DNA from: Acidobacteriota bacterium
GTDB lineage: Bacteria; Acidobacteriota; UBA6911; RPQK01; JAJDTT01
DNA: 64,000 nt
Reading direction: 5' to 3'
Assembly: GCA_965263035.1 (NCBI GenBank)
Contig: OZ253580.1
Location: 2,816,001 to 2,880,000 of the forward strand
The translations under genes and the position numbers were made by a program. Position 1 is the stretch's first letter. Each line of letters begins with the position of its first letter. Shown piece by piece: positions 20,436-30,251 of this stretch. Below the pieces are notes generated by a model. It ran no database searches and had not been told where the DNA came from. It saw nothing but the letters and a program-made list of their open reading frames with translations.

Positions 20436-21674
20436 TCATGCCAATTGGCCTCGACCCGGGTCGGCATCCAGGAGCAGAACCGCGACCCGTGCTCCGGCAG
20501 CGATACCGGAAACGTGGGAGGGAATGATCAACAGAGAATCCGCTCTGGAGAATCCCGTCAGATCGGCAGACCCTCCCGTCTCGACGGGAGAAACCCGGAG
20601 GTTTCCGCCCCACTCCGTGCGGGCCGGCTTGAAGAAGGTGCGGCCCGGCTTGTGGGAAACCGCCTGCGTCAAAGTCGCCTCGATCCGGCGTAGCGAGACC
20701 GAATCGAATCCCATCCACCGGCGAACCAATGGCCTCACAAAGAGCTGAAACGTGACGAACGCCGAAACCGGATTGCCGGGAAGACCGAAGGCCAGCGCCG
20801 ACCCCTTTCGGCCCACGCAGATCGGTTTCCCGGGTTTGACGGCGGCTTTGTGGAAAATCAGTCTGGCTCCTTCTCGTTCCAAGACCCGGTGGACGAAATC
20901 ATACTCGCCCATGGACACGCCGCCGGAGAGAAGGAGGAGGTCGAATTTCAGTCCGGATCGAATGACCTCCGCGATGCGTTCCGGATCGTCCGCCACCGAG
21001 ACCTCCGATTCGACCTTCAGGCCGAGCCGGCGACAGAGCGCCGCTATCATGGGACCGTTGGAATTTCGAATCTGCCCGAACCGGGGACGGGCTTCGACCG
21101 GAACCAACTCATCTCCGGTGGAAACCACGGCGGCCGAAAGTGGGCGAAAGACTTCCGGCCGAGCCTGACCGAAGGAAGCCAGGACGCCAATCTCGGCGGG
21201 GCCGATCAATCTTCCCGCTTCCAGAACCACGCTTCCCTTGGCGACTTCTCTACCCTGCCTCGAGAGGTTCGCTCCCGGCGCTACGGTTTTCAAGATCTCC
21301 ACGGTGGATCCATCGACCATTCTCGATTCCTCCACCATCTGAACCGCATCGGTGTCGGGCGGGACGGGCGCCCCGGTCATGATCCGTACCGTTTCGCCCG
21401 GAGCTACGGACGGCAACGAATCTGCTCCGGCCGCCACCTCTCCAACCACTTCCAAGCGCGCCGGAACAGTCTTTACGTCGTCGCTACGGACGGCAAAACC
21501 GTCCATGAACGATTTGTTGAATGGGGGCACGTCCGCGTCCGCATGGACGGGAGACGCCAGAACTCGATCCAGACACCGCTCCAACGGCAGCGCAACCGAC
21601 ACAGGAGACGGACACTGGGAAAGAATCCGCTCCAGGGCGTCTTCATAGGGAAGTAACTCGACCATTTCGCTCAT
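20436..21674 (-). CDS. moeA: Molybdopterin molybdotransferase MoeA
   Basis: PPFNKSFMDGFAV, IMTGAPVP, STGDEL, SGGVSMGEYD and GLPGNPVS. Confidence 0.96.
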   Translation of the reverse strand: MSEMVELLPYEDALERILSQCPSPVSVALPLERCLDRVLASPVHADADVPPFNKSFMDGFAVRSDDVKTVPARLEVVGEVAAGADSLPSVAPGETVRIMTGAPVPPDTDAVQMVEESRMVDGSTVEILKTVAPGANLSRQGREVAKGSVVLEAGRLIGPAEIGVLASFGQARPEVFRPLSAAVVSTGDELVPVEARPRFGQIRNSNGPMIAALCRRLGLKVESEVSVADDPERIAEVIRSGLKFDLLLLSGGVSMGEYDFVHRVLEREGARLIFHKAAVKPGKPICVGRKGSALAFGLPGNPVSAFVTFQLFVRPLVRRWMGFDSVSLRRIEATLTQAVSHKPGRTFFKPARTEWGGNLRVSPVETGGSADLTGFSRADSLLIIPSHVSGIAAGARVAVLLLDADPGRGQLA

Positions 21675-21822
21675 ACCCCCTGTTCGGTTTCGATAGCTGC
21701 AAGAACGGGCCGATGTGACGGCAGAGTTTCTGGCCAGGCCAGCACCGGATTCCATCCCGAAGAACTACATGCAACTATCTGATATGGAAGAGGTTATCGA
21801 TAGCGGTGCGCCGGCGTGGGAG

Positions 21823-23424
21823 CTATAGCACCACCTGCTCCCGATACTCCCCGAAAACCTCACCCATGGCAGCAGACATTTCTCCAACCGTCGCGCCCGC
21901 CTCGATCCCCTCTATGATGGCGGGCATCAGATTCTCCCGTCCCCGGGCCATTCGGGTCAATCTCTCTACGGATCTCTCCCAGCGATCCCGATCCCGCCGA
22001 GCCCGATGCCGTGACAATTCCGCAATCTGCCGCTCTCTCGTCTCGGGATCCACCCTCAGCAACTCAATGTCCGCCGGCTCTTCATCTCGAAACCGATTGA
22101 CTCCCACGACCACCCGTTCCCCCGACTCCAACGTTCTCTGAAGACGATGGGCCGAATCCTGGATCTCTCGTTGGATGAACCCGTTCTCTATGGCCGGCAC
22201 CATCCCTCCCATGGACCGGATGCGCTCCAGATAGCTCTCCGCTTCCTCCTCCAGACGGCTCGTGAGCTTTTCCAGGTACCAACTCCCGCCGAGCGGGTCC
22301 GCCACGTCCGTCAGACCCGATTCGTGGGCCAGAATCTGTTGGGTCCGGAGCGCCAACTGAGCGGCGGCCTCCGTCGGAAGAGACATCGCCTCGTCTTTCC
22401 CATTGGTGTGAAGCGACTGGGTGCCGCCCAGGACCGCAGCCAACGCCTGTACCGTGGTTCGGACCACATTGTTGTCAGGCTGCTGCGCCGTCAGCGTACT
22501 TCCGCCGGTCTGGGTGTGAAAACGCATCATGCAGGACTTCGGATTCGCGGCGCCCCAGCGTTCCTTGACGCAACGGGCCCAGAGCCGGCGGGCCGCTCGG
22601 AACTTGGCCACCTCCTCGAAAAGGTCGTTGTGAGCAGCGAAGAAAAAAGAAAGCCGGGGGGCAAAGTCATCGATATGGAGACCCGCCTTCAAGATCGAGT
22701 CGACGTAGGTTTCAGCATTGGCCAGAGTGAAACCGATTTCCTGAGCGGCCGTAGAGCCGGCCTCCCGGATATGGTAGCCGCTGATGGAAATGGGATTCCA
22801 TCCGGGAACCGTCCCCTGGCAGAACGTCACCAGGTCGGTGACCAGCCGGAGGGACGCCTCCACCGGGTAGAGATAGGTGCCGCGAGCAATGTACTCCTTG
22901 AGAATGTCGTTCTGGACCGTGCCCCGTAACGCCCCCCAGGACGTCCCTTGACTGCGTGCCTGAACCAGATAGAGCGCCAGCAGAATCGGCGCGGTTGCAT
23001 TGATGGTCATGGAAGTGGAGACCCGGCTGAGGTCGATTTCATGAAATAAGGTCTCCATGTCCCACAGGCCATCGATGGCAACGCCGGCGCGGCCGACCTC
23101 TCCCTCCGCCAGGGGATGGTCCGAATCCAAGCCCAGCTGAGTCGGCAGGTCGAATGCCACCGACAGACCGCGGTTGCCCTGAGAAAGGAGATAGCGGTAT
23201 CGCCGATTCGATTCTCGAGCCGTGGCGTACCCCGAATACTGGCGGATCGTCCAGAGTCGGTCACGATACATGCCGGAATAGGCGCCACGAGTGAAGGGAA
23301 ACCGGCCCGGTTCGTTCAGCTCGGCCTGCTCGTCGAATTCCGGAAGGTTTTCCGGTCCGACGAATGTCTTTTCGGGTCCATCGGTGCCGGTGCCGAAGCC
23401 GGATCTGCCGCCGTCGTTCCTCAC
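21823..23424 (-). CDS. Methylmalonyl-CoA mutase large (substrate-binding) subunit, without a B12-binding domain
   Basis: [17 protein letters not shown] (Tyr, MCM-type), [21 protein letters not shown] and GGTQSLHTN. Confidence 0.92.
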   Translation of the reverse strand: MRNDGGRSGFGTGTDGPEKTFVGPENLPEFDEQAELNEPGRFPFTRGAYSGMYRDRLWTIRQYSGYATARESNRRYRYLLSQGNRGLSVAFDLPTQLGLDSDHPLAEGEVGRAGVAIDGLWDMETLFHEIDLSRVSTSMTINATAPILLALYLVQARSQGTSWGALRGTVQNDILKEYIARGTYLYPVEASLRLVTDLVTFCQGTVPGWNPISISGYHIREAGSTAAQEIGFTLANAETYVDSILKAGLHIDDFAPRLSFFFAAHNDLFEEVAKFRAARRLWARCVKERWGAANPKSCMMRFHTQTGGSTLTAQQPDNNVVRTTVQALAAVLGGTQSLHTNGKDEAMSLPTEAAAQLALRTQQILAHESGLTDVADPLGGSWYLEKLTSRLEEEAESYLERIRSMGGMVPAIENGFIQREIQDSAHRLQRTLESGERVVVGVNRFRDEEPADIELLRVDPETRERQIAELSRHRARRDRDRWERSVERLTRMARGRENLMPAIIEGIEAGATVGEMSAAMGEVFGEYREQVVL

Positions 23425-23538
23425 TTTACATGCACCTCCCGTTTGATATCATGGGCTCAATTCACGGCCAGGGTTCCGCAAGGTCGAGGCCTTGCTTGAT
23501 TTCGGCTGGATGTTAGCAACGGGAAGGGTGGAACTCAA

Positions 23539-23802
23539 ATGCGAGACGGGCAGTTGAAGGACTACAAGAAGAAGCTCGAGTCGGCCATCAACGACGCCCT
23601 CGTCAGCTCCCCCCAGATCAACGCCGCCATTCAGGGTATTCGAGAACACGGATACGATGTTTTCCTCATCATCGAAGCCACCATCGGTTTCAATGCGAGG
23701 GGGAGTGGAACGGCGCCAGCCAAAAAACTGTCAACGGTGCGGCTGCAGTTGACGGGTCAGGACGAGAAGTTTCTGCGTTCGCTGAAGATCAGTCCCGAGT
23801 AG
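23539..23802 (+). CDS. Small hypothetical protein (87 aa)
   Basis: Fills the gap upstream of mnmG with plausible composition (GYDVFLIIEATIGF); no function recognised. Confidence 0.75.
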   Translation: MRDGQLKDYKKKLESAINDALVSSPQINAAIQGIREHGYDVFLIIEATIGFNARGSGTAPAKKLSTVRLQLTGQDEKFLRSLKISPE

Positions 23803-23869
23803 CAAACCCTTCGTGGCCGGCTCCATTGGGGACGCCTGCTGCTGAGAAGACTCGGATATAATCCCCGCC

Positions 23870-25774
23870 ATGCCCGATCTCTCGGTCGACGTCATTGTCA
23901 TTGGGGGCGGCCACGCCGGTTGCGAGGCGGCGTTTGCCGCGGCCCGATTGGGAGCCAATACCGCCCTGGTTACGATAAACCGCGAAATGATTGCCCAGAT
24001 GTCATGCAACCCGTCCGTCGGGGGCATCGGCAAGGGTCACCTGGTGCGGGAGATCGATGCCCTGGGGGGCGTTATCGGCCAAGCGGCGGATTCGAACGGA
24101 ATCCACTTCCGTCTGCTCAATCGGAGTCGCGGCCCTGCGGTCCAAGCCCCTCGCGCCCAGTGCGACAAGAAACTCTATCGGCAGGAGATGCAGCATCGGC
24201 TGCGTTGTCAGAAAAACCTCACGGTAGTCCAGGCAGAGGCCACTGCCCTGTTGCGGAATGGAAACCGAATCGCCGGCATTGAAACCGCTGCCGGCGGTCG
24301 GGTCGACGCACCCTGCGTCGTATTGACCACCGGCACCTTCCTGAACGGGCTCTGCCATCTGGGACAGAAGAAGTTTCGTGCCGGCCGTTCGGGAGAAAAG
24401 GCTTCCGTGCAGCTCGCGCGCTCCTTGAAGTCCATCGGCTTTCGCCTCGGCCGCCTGAAGACGGGGACACCGCCGAGGCTTGAAAAGAGAAGCATCGACT
24501 TCTCGCGTTTCGAAGTTCAACCCAGCGATCCGGATCCCACCTTGTTCTCGTTCCAAAGCCAGGGGCCGAGACTGCGCCAAGTCGACTGTTGGCTCACGCT
24601 CACCAACAGCCGTGTCCATGATGTGATCCGCAACAACCTGCATCGCAGCCCCCTCTACAGCGGTGACATCGTCGGTCTCGGACCTCGTTATTGCCCCTCC
24701 ATCGAGGACAAGGTGGTGAAATTTCCGCACCACGACCGCCATCAGCTCTTCCTGGAGCCGGAAGGACTCGATTCCGAGCTCATCTATGTGAGCGGTCTCT
24801 CCACCAGTCTCCCGGTGGACGTACAGGAAGAAATTCTGGCCCAGATCGACGGCTTGGAAGAAACGACCATGATCCGGCCAGGTTATGCGGTCGAGTACGA
24901 TTACGTCCAGCCGTCAGAGTTGCGTCCTTCGCTGGAGACCAAGAAGGTCGAGGGGTTGTTTCATGCCGGCCAGATCAACGGGACCACGGGCTATGAGGAA
25001 GCCGCCGGCCAGGGAATCCTGGCCGGAATCAATGCCGCCCTCAAGGCCGCCGGGGACGAGCCTTTCGTACCCAGCCGCAGCGAGAGCTACCTGGGGATCC
25101 TGGTGGACGATCTGGTCACCAAGGACGTCGACGAACCGTATCGGATGTTCACGTCCAGAGCCGAGTGCCGCCTGCTGCTCAGGATCGACAATGCCGACCG
25201 TCGACTCATGCCTCACGGCCATAGGCTGGGACTGGTGTCATCGAAGCTCTTCGACAGATTCCAGCACAAATGGAAGCGGATCGACGATGCCATCGAATTT
25301 TTGCGGAAAACTCGTCTGAAGAAAGCGTCCCGCCTGATGGAGGACCTGCGGTTGCAGACCGGCGCTCCCCGCGGAGCCTGCCTGGACCGTCTGCTCAAGC
25401 GGCCCGAGGTCGACATTCGCGATATGACTCCCATTTTGAGGGAGCACAGGCATTATCTGAGCCGGGAGGAGGGGAAGGTCGTTCAGACGCAGATCCGGTA
25501 CGAAGGCTATATCCGCTTGCAGATGGAGGATGTCCGACGGCTGAAGAACATGGAGGGCAGAATCATCCCTGCCGGACTCGACTTCGGCATCGTCAACGGG
25601 CTTTCCCTGGAGATGAGGGAGCGTTTGGAGCGGGTTCGCCCCACCAGCCTGGGTCAGGCTTCTCGAATTCCCGGAATCACTCCTGCCGCTCTGTCGATGC
25701 TGAGCATTCACCTCGAAGTGAGAAGAAGGTCTCTGGTGCGGGAGCCTGCCGCCGGAACGATTTCCCAAGCATGA
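23870..25774 (+). CDS. mnmG: tRNA uridine-5-carboxymethylaminomethyl(34) synthesis enzyme MnmG (GidA)
   Basis: [39 protein letters not shown] and [14 protein letters not shown]. Confidence 0.98.
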   Translation: MPDLSVDVIVIGGGHAGCEAAFAAARLGANTALVTINREMIAQMSCNPSVGGIGKGHLVREIDALGGVIGQAADSNGIHFRLLNRSRGPAVQAPRAQCDKKLYRQEMQHRLRCQKNLTVVQAEATALLRNGNRIAGIETAAGGRVDAPCVVLTTGTFLNGLCHLGQKKFRAGRSGEKASVQLARSLKSIGFRLGRLKTGTPPRLEKRSIDFSRFEVQPSDPDPTLFSFQSQGPRLRQVDCWLTLTNSRVHDVIRNNLHRSPLYSGDIVGLGPRYCPSIEDKVVKFPHHDRHQLFLEPEGLDSELIYVSGLSTSLPVDVQEEILAQIDGLEETTMIRPGYAVEYDYVQPSELRPSLETKKVEGLFHAGQINGTTGYEEAAGQGILAGINAALKAAGDEPFVPSRSESYLGILVDDLVTKDVDEPYRMFTSRAECRLLLRIDNADRRLMPHGHRLGLVSSKLFDRFQHKWKRIDDAIEFLRKTRLKKASRLMEDLRLQTGAPRGACLDRLLKRPEVDIRDMTPILREHRHYLSREEGKVVQTQIRYEGYIRLQMEDVRRLKNMEGRIIPAGLDFGIVNGLSLEMRERLERVRPTSLGQASRIPGITPAALSMLSIHLEVRRRSLVREPAAGTISQA

Positions 25775-26409
25775 GCCGCTTCTCGAAATACGTCTCTTCG
25801 CTTGAAACCCTCTTTGGCCTGACCCTCCACCAAGCGCAACGGAACGGCGTCCGGACCTATCTGCGGTTGCTGGCCAAATGGAACTCGCGGGTGAACCTGA
25901 CCCGCCTGGTTCGGATAGAAGACGAACTGCGATTTCATTTCTTCGAATCGTTCTGGCTGGCACAGCGGTTCCTGGAGCCGAGCCATGCCGTAGTGGACGT
26001 CGGCAGCGGAGCGGGGTTCCCAGGGCTGGCGATGCAACTCTATTACCCCAGTCTCTCCCTGACCCTCGTCGAAAAGAACTTCAAGAAGACCGTTTTTCTG
26101 AAGGAAGTCGCCCGGACTCTCTCCCTGCGGGCCCGGATCGTTCACGGACAAGCCGAAACCGACGCCGACTGGGAGGGCGTCCAACTGGTCACGGTCCGCG
26201 GGCTCAAGCCGTCACCCAGGTTGACCGAAACCTTGGGCCGCCGCGGCATCCCGTTACTGGCGCTTCATGGTGAGAAGCTCAGCGAAACCCTGAAGGGGCG
26301 CCGGTGTGTTCGCCGGGAACGGGTTCCGGGCTCGAGACGCCGTTTTGCGACGCTATTTGGCTACGACCCGCCGAAACCGGTTCGCATGTTTCACGTGAAA
26401 CAATGCTGA
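25771..26409 (+). CDS. rsmG: 16S rRNA m7G527 methyltransferase RsmG (GidB)
   Basis: [14 protein letters not shown] and [10 protein letters not shown]; ATGA overlap with mnmG. Confidence 0.9.
   Translation: MSRFSKYVSSLETLFGLTLHQAQRNGVRTYLRLLAKWNSRVNLTRLVRIEDELRFHFFESFWLAQRFLEPSHAVVDVGSGAGFPGLAMQLYYPSLSLTLVEKNFKKTVFLKEVARTLSLRARIVHGQAETDADWEGVQLVTVRGLKPSPRLTETLGRRGIPLLALHGEKLSETLKGRRCVRRERVPGSRRRFATLFGYDPPKPVRMFHVKQC
26387..26402. promoter_or_regulatory. parS: parS site
   Basis: Perfect palindrome TGTTTCACGTGAAACA immediately upstream of parA-parB. Confidence 0.93.
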
Positions 26410-26647
26410 CTTGGTTCGACGAGCGCACCGGGACGCCGTTGGTCCGGCTTTTGGTCTGCTCGTACCCATTCGATGCACCGAACCATAGCGGCAGGAAATC
26501 GTCGAATCCGTCCCCGGGGAACAAGTGTCCGCTTCCGGACGGCTTCGGCCGGCTCGCCGCCTATCCGTCGAAACGGGATACTTGGGTGTCCCGCTCTCCG
26601 GATCTTTCACCGCCTGCTGTTACTATGCCGGAACCCGGAACCGCGAA

Positions 26648-27454
26648 ATGACGAGAACCATCGCCATTGCCAACCAGAAAGGTGGTGTCGGCAAGACCAC
26701 GACCGCAATCAACTTGGCCGCCTCGCTGGCTATCGCGGCGTGGCGCGTCCTCCTGGTTGACCTGGACCCCCAGGGAAACGCCACGTCGGGATTGGGAATC
26801 GACAAGAACGAAGACGCTCTTTTCATCTATGACATTCTCGCGGACGGCGCGGATCCGCTTTCGGCCCTGAGGCGGACCGAGATGGAGAACCTGCATCTCC
26901 TCCCTGCCAATCGCGCTCTTGTCGGCGCCACAGTGGAGCTACTCGACGCGTCGGACCGTGAATGGCTTGTCGCCAGGGCTCTGAACCGTATTCGCGAGAG
27001 TTACGACTTCATTCTGATCGACTGCCCGCCGTCGCTGGGCATTCTCACTCTCAACGGCTTGGTGGCCGCCGACTCGGTCCTCATTCCCATCCAGGCAGAA
27101 TATTTTGCCCTGGAAGGGCTCTCGGACCTCATGGAGACGATTCGCCGCATCCGGGAAGGGTACAACCCCGGTCTGGAGCTGGAAGGGATTCTCCTGACCA
27201 TGTATGACGAGCGCCTCATTCTCTCCTCCCAGATTCGAGCTGACGTCTGCTCTCACCTCGGATCTCACGTTTTCGACACCTTTATTCCCCGCAACGTCCG
27301 GCTGGCCGAATGCACCAGCTTTGGGCAACCCATTCTGCTTTATGACGCCCATTGTAAAGGAGCCGACAGCTACCAAAGCCTGGCCCGGGAATTGGTTGGC
27401 CGGCGCCAGCCGGGACCGAATCAGGACCCGACATCCCATGAGGTGAACGGATGA
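26648..27454 (+). CDS. parA: Chromosome partitioning ATPase ParA/Soj
   Basis: NQKGGVGKTTT, DLDPQGNATSG, DCPPSLG and IPRNVRLAE. Confidence 0.97.
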   Translation: MTRTIAIANQKGGVGKTTTAINLAASLAIAAWRVLLVDLDPQGNATSGLGIDKNEDALFIYDILADGADPLSALRRTEMENLHLLPANRALVGATVELLDASDREWLVARALNRIRESYDFILIDCPPSLGILTLNGLVAADSVLIPIQAEYFALEGLSDLMETIRRIREGYNPGLELEGILLTMYDERLILSSQIRADVCSHLGSHVFDTFIPRNVRLAECTSFGQPILLYDAHCKGADSYQSLARELVGRRQPGPNQDPTSHEVNG

Positions 27455-28281
27455 AGCGAAGAGTTCTCGGACGGGGCCTGGCTGCTCTGCTGCCCAGGCC
27501 CGAAGCCGCCTCCTTTTTCCTTCAAATCGAACTGAAAAGGATCCGGCCGAATCCTTTTCAGCCCAGAATCCGCATGGACAGCGCCAGACTGCAGGAGCTC
27601 GCCGATTCGATCACCGAAAACGGCGTTCTCCAACCCATCGTGGTCCGGTCCCGGCCTGAGGGCTACGAGATTGTCGCCGGCGAACGCCGCTGGAAGGCGG
27701 CTCAACAGGCCGGTCTTGCTCGGATTCCTGCCGTCGTCCAGGACCTTTCCGACGAAAGAATGGTGGAAGTCGCCGTTGTCGAGAATATCCAGCGCGACGA
27801 ATTGAGTCCGATCGAGGAAGCGCACGCGTACCATATCCTGATCCAGGATTTTCGACTCACCCAGGAACAGGTGTCTCAACGCGTCGGCCGCAGCCGCGCA
27901 GCCGTCGCCAACACTCTTCGCCTGCTGCGTCTTCCCAAAGCTGTGCAGGAATCCCTTCTGGACGGCAAGATCAGCATGGGGCACGCCCGAGCCCTGATTC
28001 CCCTGACTCAAGCACAGCAATTGAAGTTGGCCCGCCAAATCGTGTCGGCGGACCTCTCGGTCCGGCAGGTAGAACGCCGCGTACAGGCGCTGCGCCGCGA
28101 CCCACCCTCGCCTCCGGCTTCCCTTGACCCCAACGTCAAGGCCGCGCAGCAGCGGCTGGAACGCCGCTGGAAGACGAGAGTTAAAATCCGCACCCGGGGC
28201 TCAACGGGCCAGATCGTATTCCACTTCAAATCCAGCGAGGAACTGGACCGCTTGTACGAGAACCTCATGAAGGAGGAGTGA
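27451..28281 (+). CDS. parB: Chromosome partitioning protein ParB/Spo0J
   Basis: LGRGLAAL, NPFQPR, AGERRWKA, ENIQR and an HTH. Confidence 0.97.
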   Translation: MKRRVLGRGLAALLPRPEAASFFLQIELKRIRPNPFQPRIRMDSARLQELADSITENGVLQPIVVRSRPEGYEIVAGERRWKAAQQAGLARIPAVVQDLSDERMVEVAVVENIQRDELSPIEEAHAYHILIQDFRLTQEQVSQRVGRSRAAVANTLRLLRLPKAVQESLLDGKISMGHARALIPLTQAQQLKLARQIVSADLSVRQVERRVQALRRDPPSPPASLDPNVKAAQQRLERRWKTRVKIRTRGSTGQIVFHFKSSEELDRLYENLMKEE

Positions 28282-28294
28282 GCCCTTCCTCCCG

Positions 28295-29722
28295 CTATTT
28301 CCCGATGCAGAAAGAGCCGAAAATCTGTCCCAGCAGGTCTTCCACGGTTGTCTCGCCCGTCACCGCGTCCAGTTCGGTCAAGGCTCCCCGCAGGTGGTAC
28401 AGCGGGAATTCTTCGCTCAGACCGTCCCGATAGGCATCCATTCCCTCACCGAGCATCTGCCGGGCACGCTGCAGACACTCCTTGTGTCGGATGTCGGTGA
28501 TCACTACGCGTTCCCGCTCCCAGTCGCTGTCAGGCGCCACGGCCTCCCGGATAGCCCGCCTGAGGGTGTCCATCCCCTGACCTGTCAACGCCGAAACGTC
28601 GGACCTGCTGCGAGCGCCGGACTCCAATTCGGAAGGGATTCGAACTGCGGCCTCCAGGTCCACCTTGTTCACCACCAGCAGATAGGGCTTGCCCTTGAGC
28701 TCCGACCAGATTCTGGCGTCCTCCGCGGAGAAGTCTCGGCTGCGATCGACCACGAACAAGGTCAAGTCCGACGCGCCGACGTAGTCCAATGATTTCCGGA
28801 CACCGAGCCGCTCCACCGGGCTTCTCGCTCTTCGGATTCCAGCCGTATCCACCAGCTGCATCGGGATGCCCTCCAGATCCACAGCTTGGTCTATGGCGTC
28901 TCTGGTGGTACCGGCGACCGAACTGACGATAGCCCTTTCTGTTCTACATAAACAATTGAAAATACTAGACTTACCAGCATTTGTCCTGCCGGCGATGGTG
29001 GCCACGAACCCGTCTCTGAGAACCCGTCCGACGCGAAAGGATTCCTCCAGTTCGCCGATGCGGCCGGCGATCCGTCGCAAGTCCCGTAGCAATTTGTCCC
29101 GGCTGTCGGGTTCCACGGGATCTTCGACGAATTCCAATCCCGTTTCCAGGTGGGAGACAACCCGCACCAGGCTCTCCTTCACCGAGCGGAGCGCCCGGGA
29201 CAACTTGCCGTCCAATTGGTCCCGGGCGACGCGCGCCTGGTGCGCGGTCTGGCTTCGGATCAGATCGCGGACCGCCTCTGCCTGGGCCAGATCCATCTTC
29301 CCGTTGAGAAACGCTCGCAGCGTAAATTCCCCCGGTTCAGCCAGGCGGGCGCCCACTTCCAGGAGGCCATCCACGATCTGCGCCTCTACCGCAGGGCTTC
29401 CATGGCAGGAAATCTCCACGACGTCCTCCCCGGTGTAGGAGGCCGGTGCCGCGAAAAACGTCACCAGCACCTGGTCGATTCGATTCCCGCCTCGGTCCAG
29501 AAAGTCCGTCAAAGACGAATGTCGGGGTTTCCAAGCTCGGCGGAGGGAGGGAGGAAGCCGCCGGCCCACCAGACTCCGGCTGGACGGACCGCTGACGCGA
29601 ATCACCTTGACGGCTCCGCGCCCCGGCGGCGTGGCGGCCGCAACTATGGTTTCACCGTAGGAGTCTGTGGCGTCAGGAGGTTGCGTAGATGATGACGCGC
29701 CGATTGGATCCCGTGCCTTCAC
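28295..29722 (-). CDS. mnmE: tRNA modification GTPase MnmE (start uncertain)
   Basis: SYTGEDVVEISCHG, GRTNAGKSS, GTTRD, DTAGIR, NKVD and C-terminal FCIGK. Confidence 0.97.
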   Translation of the reverse strand: MKARDPIGASSSTQPPDATDSYGETIVAAATPPGRGAVKVIRVSGPSSRSLVGRRLPPSLRRAWKPRHSSLTDFLDRGGNRIDQVLVTFFAAPASYTGEDVVEISCHGSPAVEAQIVDGLLEVGARLAEPGEFTLRAFLNGKMDLAQAEAVRDLIRSQTAHQARVARDQLDGKLSRALRSVKESLVRVVSHLETGLEFVEDPVEPDSRDKLLRDLRRIAGRIGELEESFRVGRVLRDGFVATIAGRTNAGKSSIFNCLCRTERAIVSSVAGTTRDAIDQAVDLEGIPMQLVDTAGIRRARSPVERLGVRKSLDYVGASDLTLFVVDRSRDFSAEDARIWSELKGKPYLLVVNKVDLEAAVRIPSELESGARSRSDVSALTGQGMDTLRRAIREAVAPDSDWERERVVITDIRHKECLQRARQMLGEGMDAYRDGLSEEFPLYHLRGALTELDAVTGETTVEDLLGQIFGSFCIGK

Positions 29723-30251
29723 TTTCAGTCCGAACTCCGGGCTCGTCGGCCAAGCTCAAATGAATGATTCTCCGCTCGGCCGACGGCAGAGACTGGAGCA
29801 CGAACTCCCGGCCGGTGAGCCGCACCTGCTCCGCGGCCTTTCCCGCCAGCAGCCTCAACTCCCCGTCCCGATCCGTGCGGTAACCATTGCAATCGACCCA
29901 AAAGTTACAGCCTGTCAGAGACTTGCGGTAGTAGATCTGGTTCAGAAGATGATTCACCGCGTAGAGGAAACGGGCGTTGTTGGCCAGGACCACCTCGCTG
30001 TCGTGTCCGCTGAGGCGAAAACTGATCAGGTCGCCATCGAGACTTGATTCGAAGGAGAGGTCCAGCCCCATCCCCTCCAACAAGTTCATCAGAAACACCT
30101 CCGAGCTGGCCAGGATCTCACCATTGTCAACCTTTGGCTGAACCTTCCACCGCCGTCCCGATCCGCTACGATCTCGAGGCTGGCGCCAGCTCTCCCGGCG
30201 ACGCCCGGATTGGCCTCCGGACGGAGGTTTCCAGGGCCGGGACTCCATCAC
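29673..30251 (-). CDS. jag: Jag/KhpB-like RNA-binding protein (KH + R3H, short form)
   Basis: ERRIIH R3H motif and TESEGTGSNRRVII; lies between yidC and mnmE. Confidence 0.85.
   Translation of the reverse strand: MMESRPWKPPSGGQSGRRRESWRQPRDRSGSGRRWKVQPKVDNGEILASSEVFLMNLLEGMGLDLSFESSLDGDLISFRLSGHDSEVVLANNARFLYAVNHLLNQIYYRKSLTGCNFWVDCNGYRTDRDGELRLLAGKAAEQVRLTGREFVLQSLPSAERRIIHLSLADEPGVRTESEGTGSNRRVIIYATS

Noticed and set aside
28940-28954. Second parS in mnmE (TGTTCTACATAAACA)
   Set aside because: It is 15 bp rather than 16 and lacks the CACGTG core.
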